From assembly GCA_963719205.1 (NCBI GenBank), contig CAVRAW010000004.1:17765-81764 (forward strand): 64,000 bases of DNA, in the 5' to 3' direction. The DNA comes from Pirellulales bacterium (GTDB taxonomy: Bacteria > Planctomycetota > Planctomycetia > Pirellulales > JADZDJ01). Position numbers and translations under genes: made by a program. The notes under the pieces were generated by a model. The model did no database searches. It was not told the origin of the DNA and saw only the letters and a program-made list of their open reading frames with translations. Shown piece after piece: positions 1 through 12,484 of this stretch. How positions within the stretch are numbered: position 1 is the first letter of the stretch; each line of letters begins with the position of its first letter.

Positions 1-2820
<2,820 letters not shown>

Positions 2821-2927
2821 GAGTGCATCCGTTGGCTAAATAAAAAAACGCGTGCTGTTTTCCGCCGGGCCGCCTGGTGGGACTGCCCGCAAAACCAGCC
2901 CGCGAGTGGTAATAAAGCGAAACGGCG

Positions 2928-2956
2928 AGTCTAACAACGCGCGAAAACAGCGTCAA
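2928..2956 (-). promoter_or_regulatory. sigma70-type promoter of ppdK
   Basis: Minus strand reads TTGACG-17 nt-TAGACT about 110 nt upstream of the start codon. Confidence 0.65.
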
Positions 2957-3021
2957 GGAAGCGGCGAGAAACGTGCTGAAAGTGGCTGTTTTCGTAGGCC
3001 GGTTGCCGAGGTGAAGTGTGC

Positions 3022-3060
3022 GCAACATAAAACCCAGGAACGAAGAATCGTTCCTGGGTT
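3022..3060 (-). terminator. intrinsic terminator ending an unannotated minus-strand transcript
   Basis: Perfect 13-bp inverted repeat aacccaggaacga/tcgttcctgggtt (3031-3060) running into TTTTATGTT on the minus strand. Confidence 0.7.
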
Positions 3061-3240
3061 GGGTGGAAACCCGAAAGTTGGAGGCACGCTGGAGGGCGCG
3101 AGAGGAAAACTTGCAAACCAGACACCTCGATCAGCAAACCAACCGCTGAATATCCAAAATGGTGGAGCGTGTTGCGATCGATATCCTTGTGTCTAGTTAG
3201 CAAGTTTCCGTCTAAGTAAGGAAGCGGAAACGGCCGCGGA
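3022..3240 (-). ncRNA. candidate small RNA (long rod hairpin, CCUCC-loop hairpin, terminator)
   Basis: Nested complementary segments 3104-3114/3200-3209, 3119-3125/3189-3195 and 3127-3132/3176-3181. G-U pairs favour the minus strand. No convincing ORF. Confidence 0.5.
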
Positions 3241-3311
3241 TTGTTACAGCCATTTTCGATCTAATTTCCCCCATGACGCCAAGCGGCCCGGACCGCTAAA
3301 ATCCCGGGGCT

Positions 3312-4379
3312 ATGTACCGACCATCGACACTCGCCTCCCAGCCCCCTCTGCCCTTGCTGATCACCGGCATTTCCGGCGTGCCGGGCTACAACGCCCTGCC
3401 CTACATTCTCGAGCGCTATCCGGGCCAGGTAATCGGCATCCGCCAGCGCGACAACTGGCGGCTGACCGGCCCGGGCATCGAAGTCTGCGATGCCGAAGAT
3501 CGCCAGCGACTGGAGCAATTGTTCGATCAGTACCGCTTCGCGGCCGTGCTGGATTGCGCGGGCAACTGCGCGCTTAAGTCGTGCGAACTCGATCCGGCGA
3601 TGGCCTGGCGAATCAACGTCGAGGGCGTGCGCAACTTGTTGGAAATCTGCCTCGAGCGCCAGGCCCGATTCGTGCACCTGTCGATCGACCTGGTCTTCTC
3701 CGGCACAGCCGCCGGCGGCCACGTCGAAACCGATCCCACCGATCCCGTGACGGTGTACGGCAAAACAATGGTGGCGGCGGAGGAGATGATTCTGGCGGCA
3801 GGCAGCAAGCGGCAGGCGGCTGGCAGCCAGCAAGCAACGGCCAGCAGCCAGCAGCCTGCCGCCTGCATCCTCCGCATTTCGCTCCCGATGGGTATCAGCT
3901 TCAACGGCCACGCCGGCGCGATCGACTGGATTCAATCGCGCTTCAAAAAATCGAAGCCCGCCACGCTGTACTTCGACGAAATCCGCACGCCCACCTACAC
4001 CGATTGCCTGAACGAACTGTGCGAAGTGGTGCTGGGCAGCCAATTATCGGGCCTGTACCACGCCGGCGGCCCGCGCCGCTTGAGCTTGTTCAACATCGCG
4101 CAAGTGATCAACCGCGTCGGCGGCTACGACCCCAAGCTTTTGATGGGCTGCCCGCGCCGGTTGGCCGGGCCCATCCCGCCGCGCGCCGGCGATGTATCGC
4201 TCAACTCAAGTAAGCTCGCCGCGGCTCTTGGCTACGACCCGTTCGATCCCTGGCCGCTGGCCGAGGAATTTGTCCCCACGCATCCCGAGTGGCACTTCGA
4301 GCGCAACACTTTTTGCGGCTCCAAACACCTGCTGGCCGAAGTGCTGTACCGAAACCCTGCGAAAGCGACCAACGGTTAA
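3312..4379 (+). CDS. RmlD/RfbD-like (dTDP-4-dehydrorhamnose reductase family) extended SDR
   Basis: ITGISGVPG Rossmann motif, HLSIDLVFSG, YGKTM in place of YxxxK, DEIRTPTY and GLYHAGG. Confidence 0.85.
   Translation: MYRPSTLASQPPLPLLITGISGVPGYNALPYILERYPGQVIGIRQRDNWRLTGPGIEVCDAEDRQRLEQLFDQYRFAAVLDCAGNCALKSCELDPAMAWRINVEGVRNLLEICLERQARFVHLSIDLVFSGTAAGGHVETDPTDPVTVYGKTMVAAEEMILAAGSKRQAAGSQQATASSQQPAACILRISLPMGISFNGHAGAIDWIQSRFKKSKPATLYFDEIRTPTYTDCLNELCEVVLGSQLSGLYHAGGPRRLSLFNIAQVINRVGGYDPKLLMGCPRRLAGPIPPRAGDVSLNSSKLAAALGYDPFDPWPLAEEFVPTHPEWHFERNTFCGSKHLLAEVLYRNPAKATNG
3794..3866 (+). repeat. degenerate 7-bp array inside the SDR gene
   Basis: ggcggca ggcagca agcggca ggcggct ggcagcc ... agcagcc agcagcc tgccgcc, encoding AAGSKRQAAGSQQATASSQQPAA. 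Confidence 0.75.
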
Positions 4380-5414
4380 TTCCTGAGCTTGCGGCGAAGC
4401 GCGATAACTGAAACCACAAAGCCGCCAATGCCCAGGAGTGTCAGCGTCGTGGGCTCTGGGACGGCGACGTTGTAGCCGATCACGTCCATCACGGTGATGT
4501 CGCCGGCGGAAACGCCCATTTGCACGCCGATGGTGGGAGATTCATTGAACGAGTCAACGGTTGCGCCGGCCCAATCGCTGAGGTCGCCGCCGGCCGTGCC
4601 GTTGAAGGTGTTGATCACCGTTGTGCCGCCGTCGATCGAGAAGTAAGCGCCGTTGGCTGGCACGAGATCCAGCACACCGGGCGAGGAATATCGGAACAGA
4701 TCAATCGGCGAATAGCGTCCCGAGGCCGCGCCGTTTTGCCCCAGTCCGAAACGGCCCAGCACTTCGCTGATCTCGTGCTCGGCGACGCCAATGAAATCAT
4801 ATTCATTCGGAACGGCCCGATTGTTGGGGTCGAACGTGAAGGCGACCGTGCTGTTGAAACCGACATAGCCGTCGATGCCCGGCGCATTGGCGGACACCAG
4901 TCCCAACGCTTTGCCTTCGGCATTCGACATTGTAAAAATGGCGCCGCCGGTGGGATCGGTTGCCGGCATGTTGGCGACGGAGGTCTGGTCGGCTGCCGAC
5001 TGCGCGTCGCCAGCCATAGTGGCTTTCACTTGGCCATAGGTGAAAAATCCCGGCCCAGTGGCGAAGCTTTCACCCAGCGCCCCGGCGGGTTCAGAGTCTG
5101 GTTGTTAATCGTTCCCCAGCCAACCTGCAGATTAATAGTGATCGGATCGGTGAACGTCGTTGCATAAAACTGCAACGCGCTGTTGAATGCCGGCAGGAAT
5201 CCGGCCGGCGCAGAGTGGCGCTGTTGTCGAAAGTCAGATGGAATGACAACGCCTGGGCCGACGGCTGAACCGGACCAAGCAAGGCCCCGAGGACCGAAAG
5301 CAAGAAAACGGGCGTGACCCGAAAGAAACCGATCTTATGTGGAGCGGCGCCCAACCCGAGTAGCAGAGCGGCGCGGGGGCGAAGAGACTGTTGACGACGC
5401 GCAGGCAATGCCAT
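4376..5414 (-). CDS. PEP-CTERM-anchored secreted zincin-like protein (resembles the NF038122 family); frameshifted
   Basis: C-terminal VPEP-TM-RRKLRN, KALGL...DGYVGF, AEHEISEVLGR, DLFRYS. Signal peptide and ALSFHLTFD..FTDPITINLQVGWG lie in upstream frames. Confidence 0.8.
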
Positions 5415-5649
5415 TCGACATTCCCGACGTGGTTCACCCCTGGCGATTATTATTAGCAGGCACCCCCCTCAGAGACTAGTGGGCGATAAGCCATTTCTTA
5501 TGTTTGACGGCGTGCGCAGATTTCATGCTTCCTCTGGCCGCAATCTCGCCCCAACAGATTTCGCGACGGCATTCCGAGCGCACCTGCTTCCGCGGCTCAA
5601 AAGCGCTACTAGCCGAAGTGATTTATCGCAATCCGGGAAGACAAGCCGG

Positions 5650-5913
5650 TTAGTCCGACTCGTTGCCGAGATCGCTTTGCCGCACCGGCAGTAATGGCAT
5701 CAAAACCCCGACCACCGCCGGCATCAGTGACAGATTTATGGCGACCAACATCCCGATCGTTAGCTCGCCGGCATTCGTGGTGTTTCGGCAAACGGCTGTG
5801 ATTCCGAAATACATCAATGCCGGGCAAAGAGCAAAACAAAACCATTGCCCGAATCTACGATCCGCTCGATCGCTGGTTAGCTTCGCCAGCAAAAGTTTCT
5901 TGAGCCAAGACAT
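5650..5913 (-). CDS. small two-TM hypothetical membrane protein
   Basis: GGAGGT SD before ATG 5913 and two hydrophobic segments. Confidence 0.6.
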   Translation of the reverse strand: MSWLKKLLLAKLTSDRADRRFGQWFCFALCPALMYFGITAVCRNTTNAGELTIGMLVAINLSLMPAVVGVLMPLLPVRQSDLGNESD

Positions 5914-6032
5914 GGCAACCTCCGGAGAAAAGCAGCCTGCTCCAGACAACCGACCATTTCTGTCTTGCCGCATTATAGCAATTCTGCTAGCAACCGCGGT
6001 TCGAAATTGCGCACTCTCTTTCGGGCCGCCTA

Positions 6033-8495
6033 ATGCACGACGAAGCTCCCGCCGCGCTGACCGATTTGGTAGCACGTTTGCGCTGGCCAAGCCGGAGCAA
6101 GTACGCGCCGTGCGGCCGTTGGCCCGCGGTTTGGCCCGCGGCCTGCCGCTGTTTGAATCGGTGTGGGTCGATGCGTTGGTGCAGGCGCGGTTGCTGACGC
6201 CCTATCAAGCCACGGAGATTAATGCCGGCCGCGGCGAGCAACTGCAGGTGGGGCCATATGTAATCCAGTGCGCTTACGGTGAACGGTTGGGATACGCCGA
6301 ATCGTTCGTCGCCATGCATGTCGACTCGAAACGATCGGTGCACCTGTTGGTCAAGCGCGGAGCGGATTCGACGTGCAACGAGGCCGCGTCCGCACTCAAA
6401 TCTCTGGCCGAGAAATTCGCCGCGCTAACAACCGGTCCGCTTCCGCCGCCACCTCCGAAGATGAGGCGGCAGAAGCAATCGAAACACTTGAGCTTATTCT
6501 CCGCCATTCAGGCAGCAGGCGCAGACAACCAGACGCTCTGGGCGGCCTTTGCCCGACCACAGGAATTTCGGCAGGCCAATGGGTTTCGTGGCATGGAAGA
6601 TTGCCGCCGGTGGTGGCGTTGGAAATCGTCCGGCAGATGGCTGCTGCGCTGGCGACGCTCGAAGCGGCCGGCATCACGCACGGCGACATCGCCGCATCTT
6701 CAATCATGTTGAACGAAAACGGCAACATCCAACTTGCACGCGCTGCGGTGCGAGGCGTCTTTCGACCAAACGAAAGCGAATCGCCCGAGCGGTTGCCGAT
6801 TGAAGCGTTCGACTATTTGGCTCCGGAGCGAATGCAGATCGCCTCGCGAGAGACGCGGTTAAATGCGGCCCACGACATGTATGCGTGTGGATGTTTGTGG
6901 TGGCACTTGCTCACCGGACGCACGCCGTTGGCTGGAGGCGATCACGCGGCAAAATTTCTAGCGGTGAAGGCGGGAAAAATTCCGGACGTGCGACGCTTGG
7001 CCCCCGATGTGCCGAAAATCCTGGCCGAAGTGATCGAGCGCTGCACACAGCGCAATCCGGCGCAGCGGTCGGCCTCGTTTGCCGAACTGTCACAACAACT
7101 GGGCCCCTCGACCAGCACCGGCAGGCGCCGTTTGGCCGACGTATTGGCACGCGCGGGCCGTCGCACGGCGCAGGTCAATTGGTCGTGGCGTGCGCAGGAC
7201 CGGTTTGCAGCGCGAGGCCGGGCAGTTGATGGCCACTGCGGCTTGCTTGCTGTTGCTGGCGGCCGCGACCTGGCCGCTTTGGCGCTCGCGGCATTCGCCG
7301 CCGGAGCACGGAGCGCACGCCGCAATAGCCAAAGCGTCCCAGCCTACGAAGATCGCCAAGTTAGTAGCCAATCCTGGGATTGATCCGGCTGTGCGGCAAG
7401 CAAATTATCAAGCCACCAACAGCCCGCTTGCCGAATCGACGGCGGAGCATGGTTCGGCGCACGATTCGCCAACAGCACCCCAACCTGTCGCGCTAGCGCC
7501 ACCGCGGCCCGTCATCGAACTAGACGCCGACAAGGAAATTCCGGCCGCGTCGCTGCGATTGCAACCCGGCGCCATTGTGCGCGGGAAAGGAGATCAGCGA
7601 CCGCGACTGCTCACGCCCGCCACCGGGCTGACCATCAGCGCAGACAACGTGCGGTTTGAAAACATCGATTTCCTCTGGCGCCAACGGCCCGAAGCGATCA
7701 CCACGCCTGGTCGGCAGGCGAGTCATCGATTTGCGCACCGCACACGCCGAATTTGTAGGCTGCACGTTTCAAGCGGTGGCGGCGGGATCGTTCGAATTGC
7801 CGACGGCGGTGCGACTGTCGGGCAATTCGCAGCGCAGCGCACTCGCGCCGGCAGGGCAGGTGCGGATCGAGCGCTGTGCGCTGACGAGCGTTGCCTGCGG
7901 CGTGGATTGCGCTGCGTCGCGCCGGCTGCGGTCGAAGTCTGCAACACGCTCTATCTGGGCAGCGGTTCGCTGGTGCGATTTTCTCAGCCGCGCCGCAGCG
8001 ATGCCCCGGCCTCGGTCACGCTCGACCAGATCACGCTGCGCGGTTCCACGGCCGTGATCGAAATCAACGCGCCAGACACCGTGGATGAGCTCGCGCCGCT
8101 AAGCATCACGGCCAACGGCTGCGTGCTGGCGCCGGAGGCGGGCGGACTGTTGATATTCACCGGCCGGCGAGCGACAGCATCGTTGGCGGGCAAGCTGCGC
8201 GGCATCGAATGGCTCGGAGGAGGCTCGCTGACTCCGCCCGGCACGTCGGTGGCGATTTGGCGGCATGACGATGCCACCGAAACGCTCCCCGACGACGAGT
8301 TGTCGATGGATGGGCTGGTGGCTAGCGCCGTGGATTTCGTCGGCCCCGCGACCAACGATCCAGCCAATTCGCCGCCTGAAAAAATGGTCGGCGCCAGTGC
8401 AATCCGAAGCGCCACCGGGGATCGCCGACGATGTACCCAAACTTCCCAGTAGTGAATCGGCAATCGCCAGCTCGGCAGTCGCAGAAAAAAAATAG
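6033..8495 (+). CDS. Ser/Thr protein kinase-like membrane protein (probable pseudokinase) with extracytoplasmic beta-rich domain; several indels
   Basis: LLTPYQA..G N-terminus typical of planctomycete kinases, HGDI, YLAPE, DMYACGC..LLTGRTP, TM helix, beta-rich C-terminal part. Pieced together from ORFs 5663, 6373, 7079, 7656 and 8265. Confidence 0.78.
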
Positions 8496-8530
8496 CCGCC
8501 GGATTAACTCCGACGGCTAAATGGTTTTTT
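8484..8530. terminator. bidirectional terminator between convergent genes
   Basis: A-run, tagccgccgga/tccgacggcta stem, T-run. Confidence 0.65.
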
Positions 8531-8575
8531 CATTTCAGCGCAGGTTGAATGGCAACCACGCCGATTGCGAGCGGC

Positions 8576-8800
8576 TTATTCGCGGGGGCGAATGATGCCG
8601 GTCAGCCCGCTGTAATCGTGGCGATCCTTGGGATGCCACAGCGGCACACCCATCTGGATACGCTTGGCCAGCGCGTCGATCTTCGCCCGCGAACCCGCGG
8701 GCACATCGGTGGGCACGAATTCATCGGTCTCCACCGGCGCGAATGTTTCGTCGTGGCCGTGATCCAGGATCGTTTCAAAGACGTTTCGATGTTTACGCAT
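8576..8800 (-). CDS. small hypothetical protein (PTDxPAGS..KI..L..R...G.PLWHP.D motif)
   Basis: 74-aa ORF with GAGGA SD and protein-like composition. The motif is recalled from planctomycete hypothetical proteins. Confidence 0.8.
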   Translation of the reverse strand: MRKHRNVFETILDHGHDETFAPVETDEFVPTDVPAGSRAKIDALAKRIQMGVPLWHPKDRHDYSGLTGIIRPRE

Positions 8801-9052
8801 GTGTCTTCCTCTATTAATGTCCGATTGAATGCGATACGTGCCCTGCGGACGGTTGGTTCGTCAGATCGATAAAATCTGGGCGCGAACTCAATCGCCTGGA
8901 CGGATAAGTTGTGAACAGAACCCGACTTACATTAGACCTTTCCCTCGCGGAAGCTCCCCTTCTCGCTCAAGATAACTATCACGAGCGCGGGTTCCGGACG
9001 TTAGGCAGGTGGGCACTTCCGACGTCTCGCCTTACTTCTTTGTAAGCCACCT

Positions 9053-9080
9053 ATTATCGGATTGACGTCGAAAATGTCAA
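9053..9080 (-). promoter_or_regulatory. sigma70-type promoter giving a ~245-nt leader for the 8576-8800 gene
   Basis: TTGACA-16 nt-GATAAT on the minus strand, overlapping a TTGAC-N9-GTCAA inverted repeat. Confidence 0.55.
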
Positions 9081-9173
9081 CTTTTTTGCGAAGTTTTCCG
9101 CACGGCGACGTAAGTCAAGGAATCAATTGTCAACTTGGTAAAATGGATAATCTATTCGGCCTCGGAATCGGAC

Positions 9174-9620
9174 ATGTGGTTACAGCGCAAAATTGAGCTT
9201 CCTGCACTCGGCCGCGGCTTCCACTTGATTACGCAGCACGTGGTCGAATCGCTGCCGGAGCTGCGCGACGTGGACGTTGGCCTGCTGCACGTGTTCATTC
9301 AGCACACCAGCGCGTCGCTGACAATCAATGAGAACGCCGATCCCGACGTACCGGTCGATTTGGAAACGTCGTTTAGCGCTCTGGCGCCAGAAGATTTTGG
9401 CCACCGTCACACGGTCGAAGGCCCCGACGATATGCCCGCCCACGTGAAGGCGTCCCTGCTGGGCAGCTCAGTGACGGTGCCCGTCAGCGGCGGCCGGCTG
9501 TGCTTGGGAACCTGGCAGGGCATTTATCTCTGCGAGCACCGCAATCGCGGTGGCCGCAGGAAATTGGTGCTGACACTGCAGGGGGACAAGAAGAAAGAAG
9601 AGGAGAAAAGCAGAAGATGA
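9174..9620 (+). CDS. yjbQ: YjbQ/UPF0047 family (secondary thiamine-phosphate synthase)
   Basis: HTSASLTINENADPDV, EGPDDMPAHVK, LGTWQGIYLCEHR. Confidence 0.93.
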   Translation: MWLQRKIELPALGRGFHLITQHVVESLPELRDVDVGLLHVFIQHTSASLTINENADPDVPVDLETSFSALAPEDFGHRHTVEGPDDMPAHVKASLLGSSVTVPVSGGRLCLGTWQGIYLCEHRNRGGRRKLVLTLQGDKKKEEEKSRR

Positions 9621-9702
9621 AATGAGGAGCGGCCAGGCACCAGCCGGAGGTCAACGACCTCCGGAGGCCTCGCCACTTGGTCACCGCTTCTCACCGCATT
9701 CT

Positions 9703-11347
9703 TCACTTGCCCGAGGGCTCCACCGGCGGCAGGGGCAGCGGCACGGTCGATTCTTCCGGCGCAGGCGGCGCTGGCTCTGGCGCGGGCAGCGTCGAATTTG
9801 GCTGCGGCTTGTTCACGGCTTCGGCGTTTTTCCCGTCCACGGTCTTTCCGTCGGTCAGCGGTTGCTGCGGCGAATTGTCGCACGGCACGACCCAGCCGCC
9901 GCCCAATGCCCGATAGACTTGGATCAATCCTTGCGCGATCTCGCCGCGCAACAGCGCCCACTGATCTTGCTGCGTGATCAGGTTCTGCTGAATCACCGCG
10001 TATCGGTTGAAATCGGCGCCGGCGCCGGCGGCCTGCGTCGGGTTTTCATACTGCGCGATGATCACTTCCAGCGCCAAATAGGCGGCATCGACGCTTTCGC
10101 GCAGCAGCTTTTCACGTTCTTGCGATTTCAGAAAGGTGACGATGCCGTTTTCCACTTCCTGGTCCGCGGTCAGCGCCGTCTGCTGATACGTGACCACCAG
10201 TTCGTTAAACGTGGCGTCTTGCAGGCGCATGTTGTTGATGATCCGGCCGTAGTTCAAAAGATTCCATTGAAACGACGGACCCACATTGCCATTGAAGGCC
10301 TGCGGCTGGAACAAGTCGCCGAATCGCGCCGCCGTTCCGCCCAGGGTGCCGGAGATCGTGAACGCCGGGTACAAATCGCTCTCGGCGATGCCGATGCGTT
10401 CCGCTTGGGCCGCGGCCAGCCGTTCCGCGCACCGCACGTCGGGACGGCGGCGCAGCAGGTCGGCCGGAATGCCCACGATCGCGTACTCCGGCGCAACGGG
10501 AATGGTCGAAGCGCCGGAATTCAAATAACCATCCAGGTCTTGAGTTGGAATGCCCAGCAGCGTACACAACGCGTTTTGCGCCAAGCGCATGTCGATCTCC
10601 AACTGCGCAATTGCCGCCTGGCTCTGCTTGAGATTGCTCACCGCCTGCGCGATCGAGATTCGTCACGGCGCGGAAACCGACAGTCAATTGATCGGTTATG
10701 TACTTCAGCACGTTCTCCTGGATGATCACCACCTGTTTGAGCAGTCGGATGCGTTCCTGGTCGGTGCGGTATTGCACGTAGTTGCTGGCCACGTCGCCGA
10801 TCAGCGTGATCATCACGTCGTCGTAATCGAAAATCGAGGCTTCCAGCGTTTCTTCCGCGGCGATGATCGCCCGGCGGAAACGGCCCCAAAAATCCAATTC
10901 CCACGCCAGATTGAAGCCGTAGTTCCAAGAGCTGGCATACAGTGGACCAGGAACGCCGGGCCGGGCAAACCGCGTATAGCCGCCCGTGAAGTCCTGCACC
11001 TGGGGGAAGAAGTTGCCGCGGGCGATACCCAACTGCGCCCGAGCTTCGAGCACTCGGAAGCCCGCCTCGCGCAGCGTAAGATTTTGCTGGGTGGCATTGA
11101 TGATCAGACCGCCCAGGATTGGATCGTTAAAAACCGTCCACCAGGTGCTGAGATTGGCCTCTTCGCTTCGGACCCGCTTGTCCGCAGCGTCGATCCAGTG
11201 CTCGGCCACGGGCGCAGGCGCCCGTTTGTAATTAGGGCCCACCTTGAGCCCATGGCGGAGGTACTCGGGCAAGCTGGTGCAGCCGCCGGCCGCCAGCGCC
11301 ACGGCTGTGACCAGACAGACAATCAGACGCGGGAGTCGGCAAGTCAT
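9703..11347 (-). CDS. TolC/NodT family efflux outer-membrane lipoprotein; indel near 10645
   Basis: Lipobox-like LAAGGC, WELDFWGRFRR, PADLLRRRPDVR.AER, YRALGGGW. Confidence 0.9.
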
Positions 11348-11607
11348 GCGGCCGGAAGAGTCCCTAAAAGCGCGCGGTGCGGAATAAGACGCGACAAAGG
11401 CTTCTACAGCGCTATCGACACAACGGCTACAACCGGGCGCTGCGTCGTTCCCCGCCACGCTAGAACCGCAACGCCCCGCAGGGTTTGCCAGTGCAATTTG
11501 CTCGAGATTTCCCACGGTTGATAAAATTTGACGATTGGAAAAAGATTGGCGAAATGCTGTCGTCGGCCACCCCCTCACTTACTTCTACTCAATTTGGAGG
11601 CGGATGA

Positions 11608-11862
11608 ATGAATATCAAAACAATTCGCAGGACACTTCTCTGGTGCTTCGTGATCAACTTCGTGTTGATCATGCTCTGGTTTCTTGCCGTCTGGCTTGGG
11701 CACGACTGGATGTACGATGCCAATCGAAAATGGAGTCGGATTTCGGTCGAAGAGTTTGATGCCGTGAATTACGCCGGCATCGCGCTGTACAAACTCAGCA
11801 ACTTGCTGTTTTGCCTGGTGCCGTGCGTCGCGCTGTATCTCGTTCGGCCCAGCGCCGATTGA
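11608..11862 (+). CDS. DUF6868-like small membrane protein
   Basis: LLWC.VINF..L.LWF....H.W...F.....Y.G...YK....LF.LVP pattern and GGAGG SD. Confidence 0.75.
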   Translation: MNIKTIRRTLLWCFVINFVLIMLWFLAVWLGHDWMYDANRKWSRISVEEFDAVNYAGIALYKLSNLLFCLVPCVALYLVRPSAD

Positions 11863-11910
11863 TCGCGCGCAAGCACAAAGAATAGAGAGCCGCTCGGTCG
11901 AACCGTGCGA

Positions 11911-12213
11911 TCACATCTGCGTGGCGGCCGCCGCTTTCGCAATCGACAAGCCGTAGGCCAGCCAGCCGACGTAGCACGAAAATCCAATTCCCCAGGCCAC
12001 ACACATCAGCGGCCACACAGGCTTGGGAGCTTTGGAAATGAAGATCAGCCCCACGATGCCGCACACAATGCTCACACCCACATACACAAATGAGGACGTG
12101 GGGTCCTGTGCCAGATACATTGTGAGTGCCATGATCGAAGTCACCGGACTGACGTAGGCCAACCAATGCCAGGAGGGTTGTTCGGCGGTTGTTTCTTGCA
12201 CTGCGGAATCCAT
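11911..12213 (-). CDS. hypothetical three-TM membrane protein
   Basis: 100-aa ORF with GGAG SD and three hydrophobic segments. Confidence 0.6.
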   Translation of the reverse strand: MDSAVQETTAEQPSWHWLAYVSPVTSIMALTMYLAQDPTSSFVYVGVSIVCGIVGLIFISKAPKPVWPLMCVAWGIGFSCYVGWLAYGLSIAKAAAATQM

Positions 12214-12369
12214 GGAAAGCTCCGAATATTGCGACTCTAAGATTTGCTATCGGACCGTGCGGCCGATCCTTCGATTGTAGCATGCGGCGAAACACAACGA
12301 AAAGCGGCCGCCCGATCGCCGCCGCCTGGACCCCATTCGCAACGGTATGGCTACAAACCCGCAGACCCG

Positions 12370-12399
12370 TTGACTTGGCGGGCTGTCGGCGGGCATACT
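12370..12399 (+). promoter_or_regulatory. probable promoter of infC-rpmI-rplT
   Basis: TTGACT-18 nt-CATACT. Confidence 0.5.
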
Positions 12400-12484
12400 C
12401 ACAGGTTCGTGCGGCGCGGCGGCCGTGGCCACGGCAGCCCAGAGCGCAAAACGTTCCCCTGAATCATCCCGGAGGATGCTAGCC

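Noticed and set aside
3022-3240. 6S RNA identity for the ppdK-upstream RNA
   Set aside because: The segments flanking the rod are both pyrimidine-rich on the minus strand and do not pair into a closing stem around a central bubble. It is kept as an unknown RNA.
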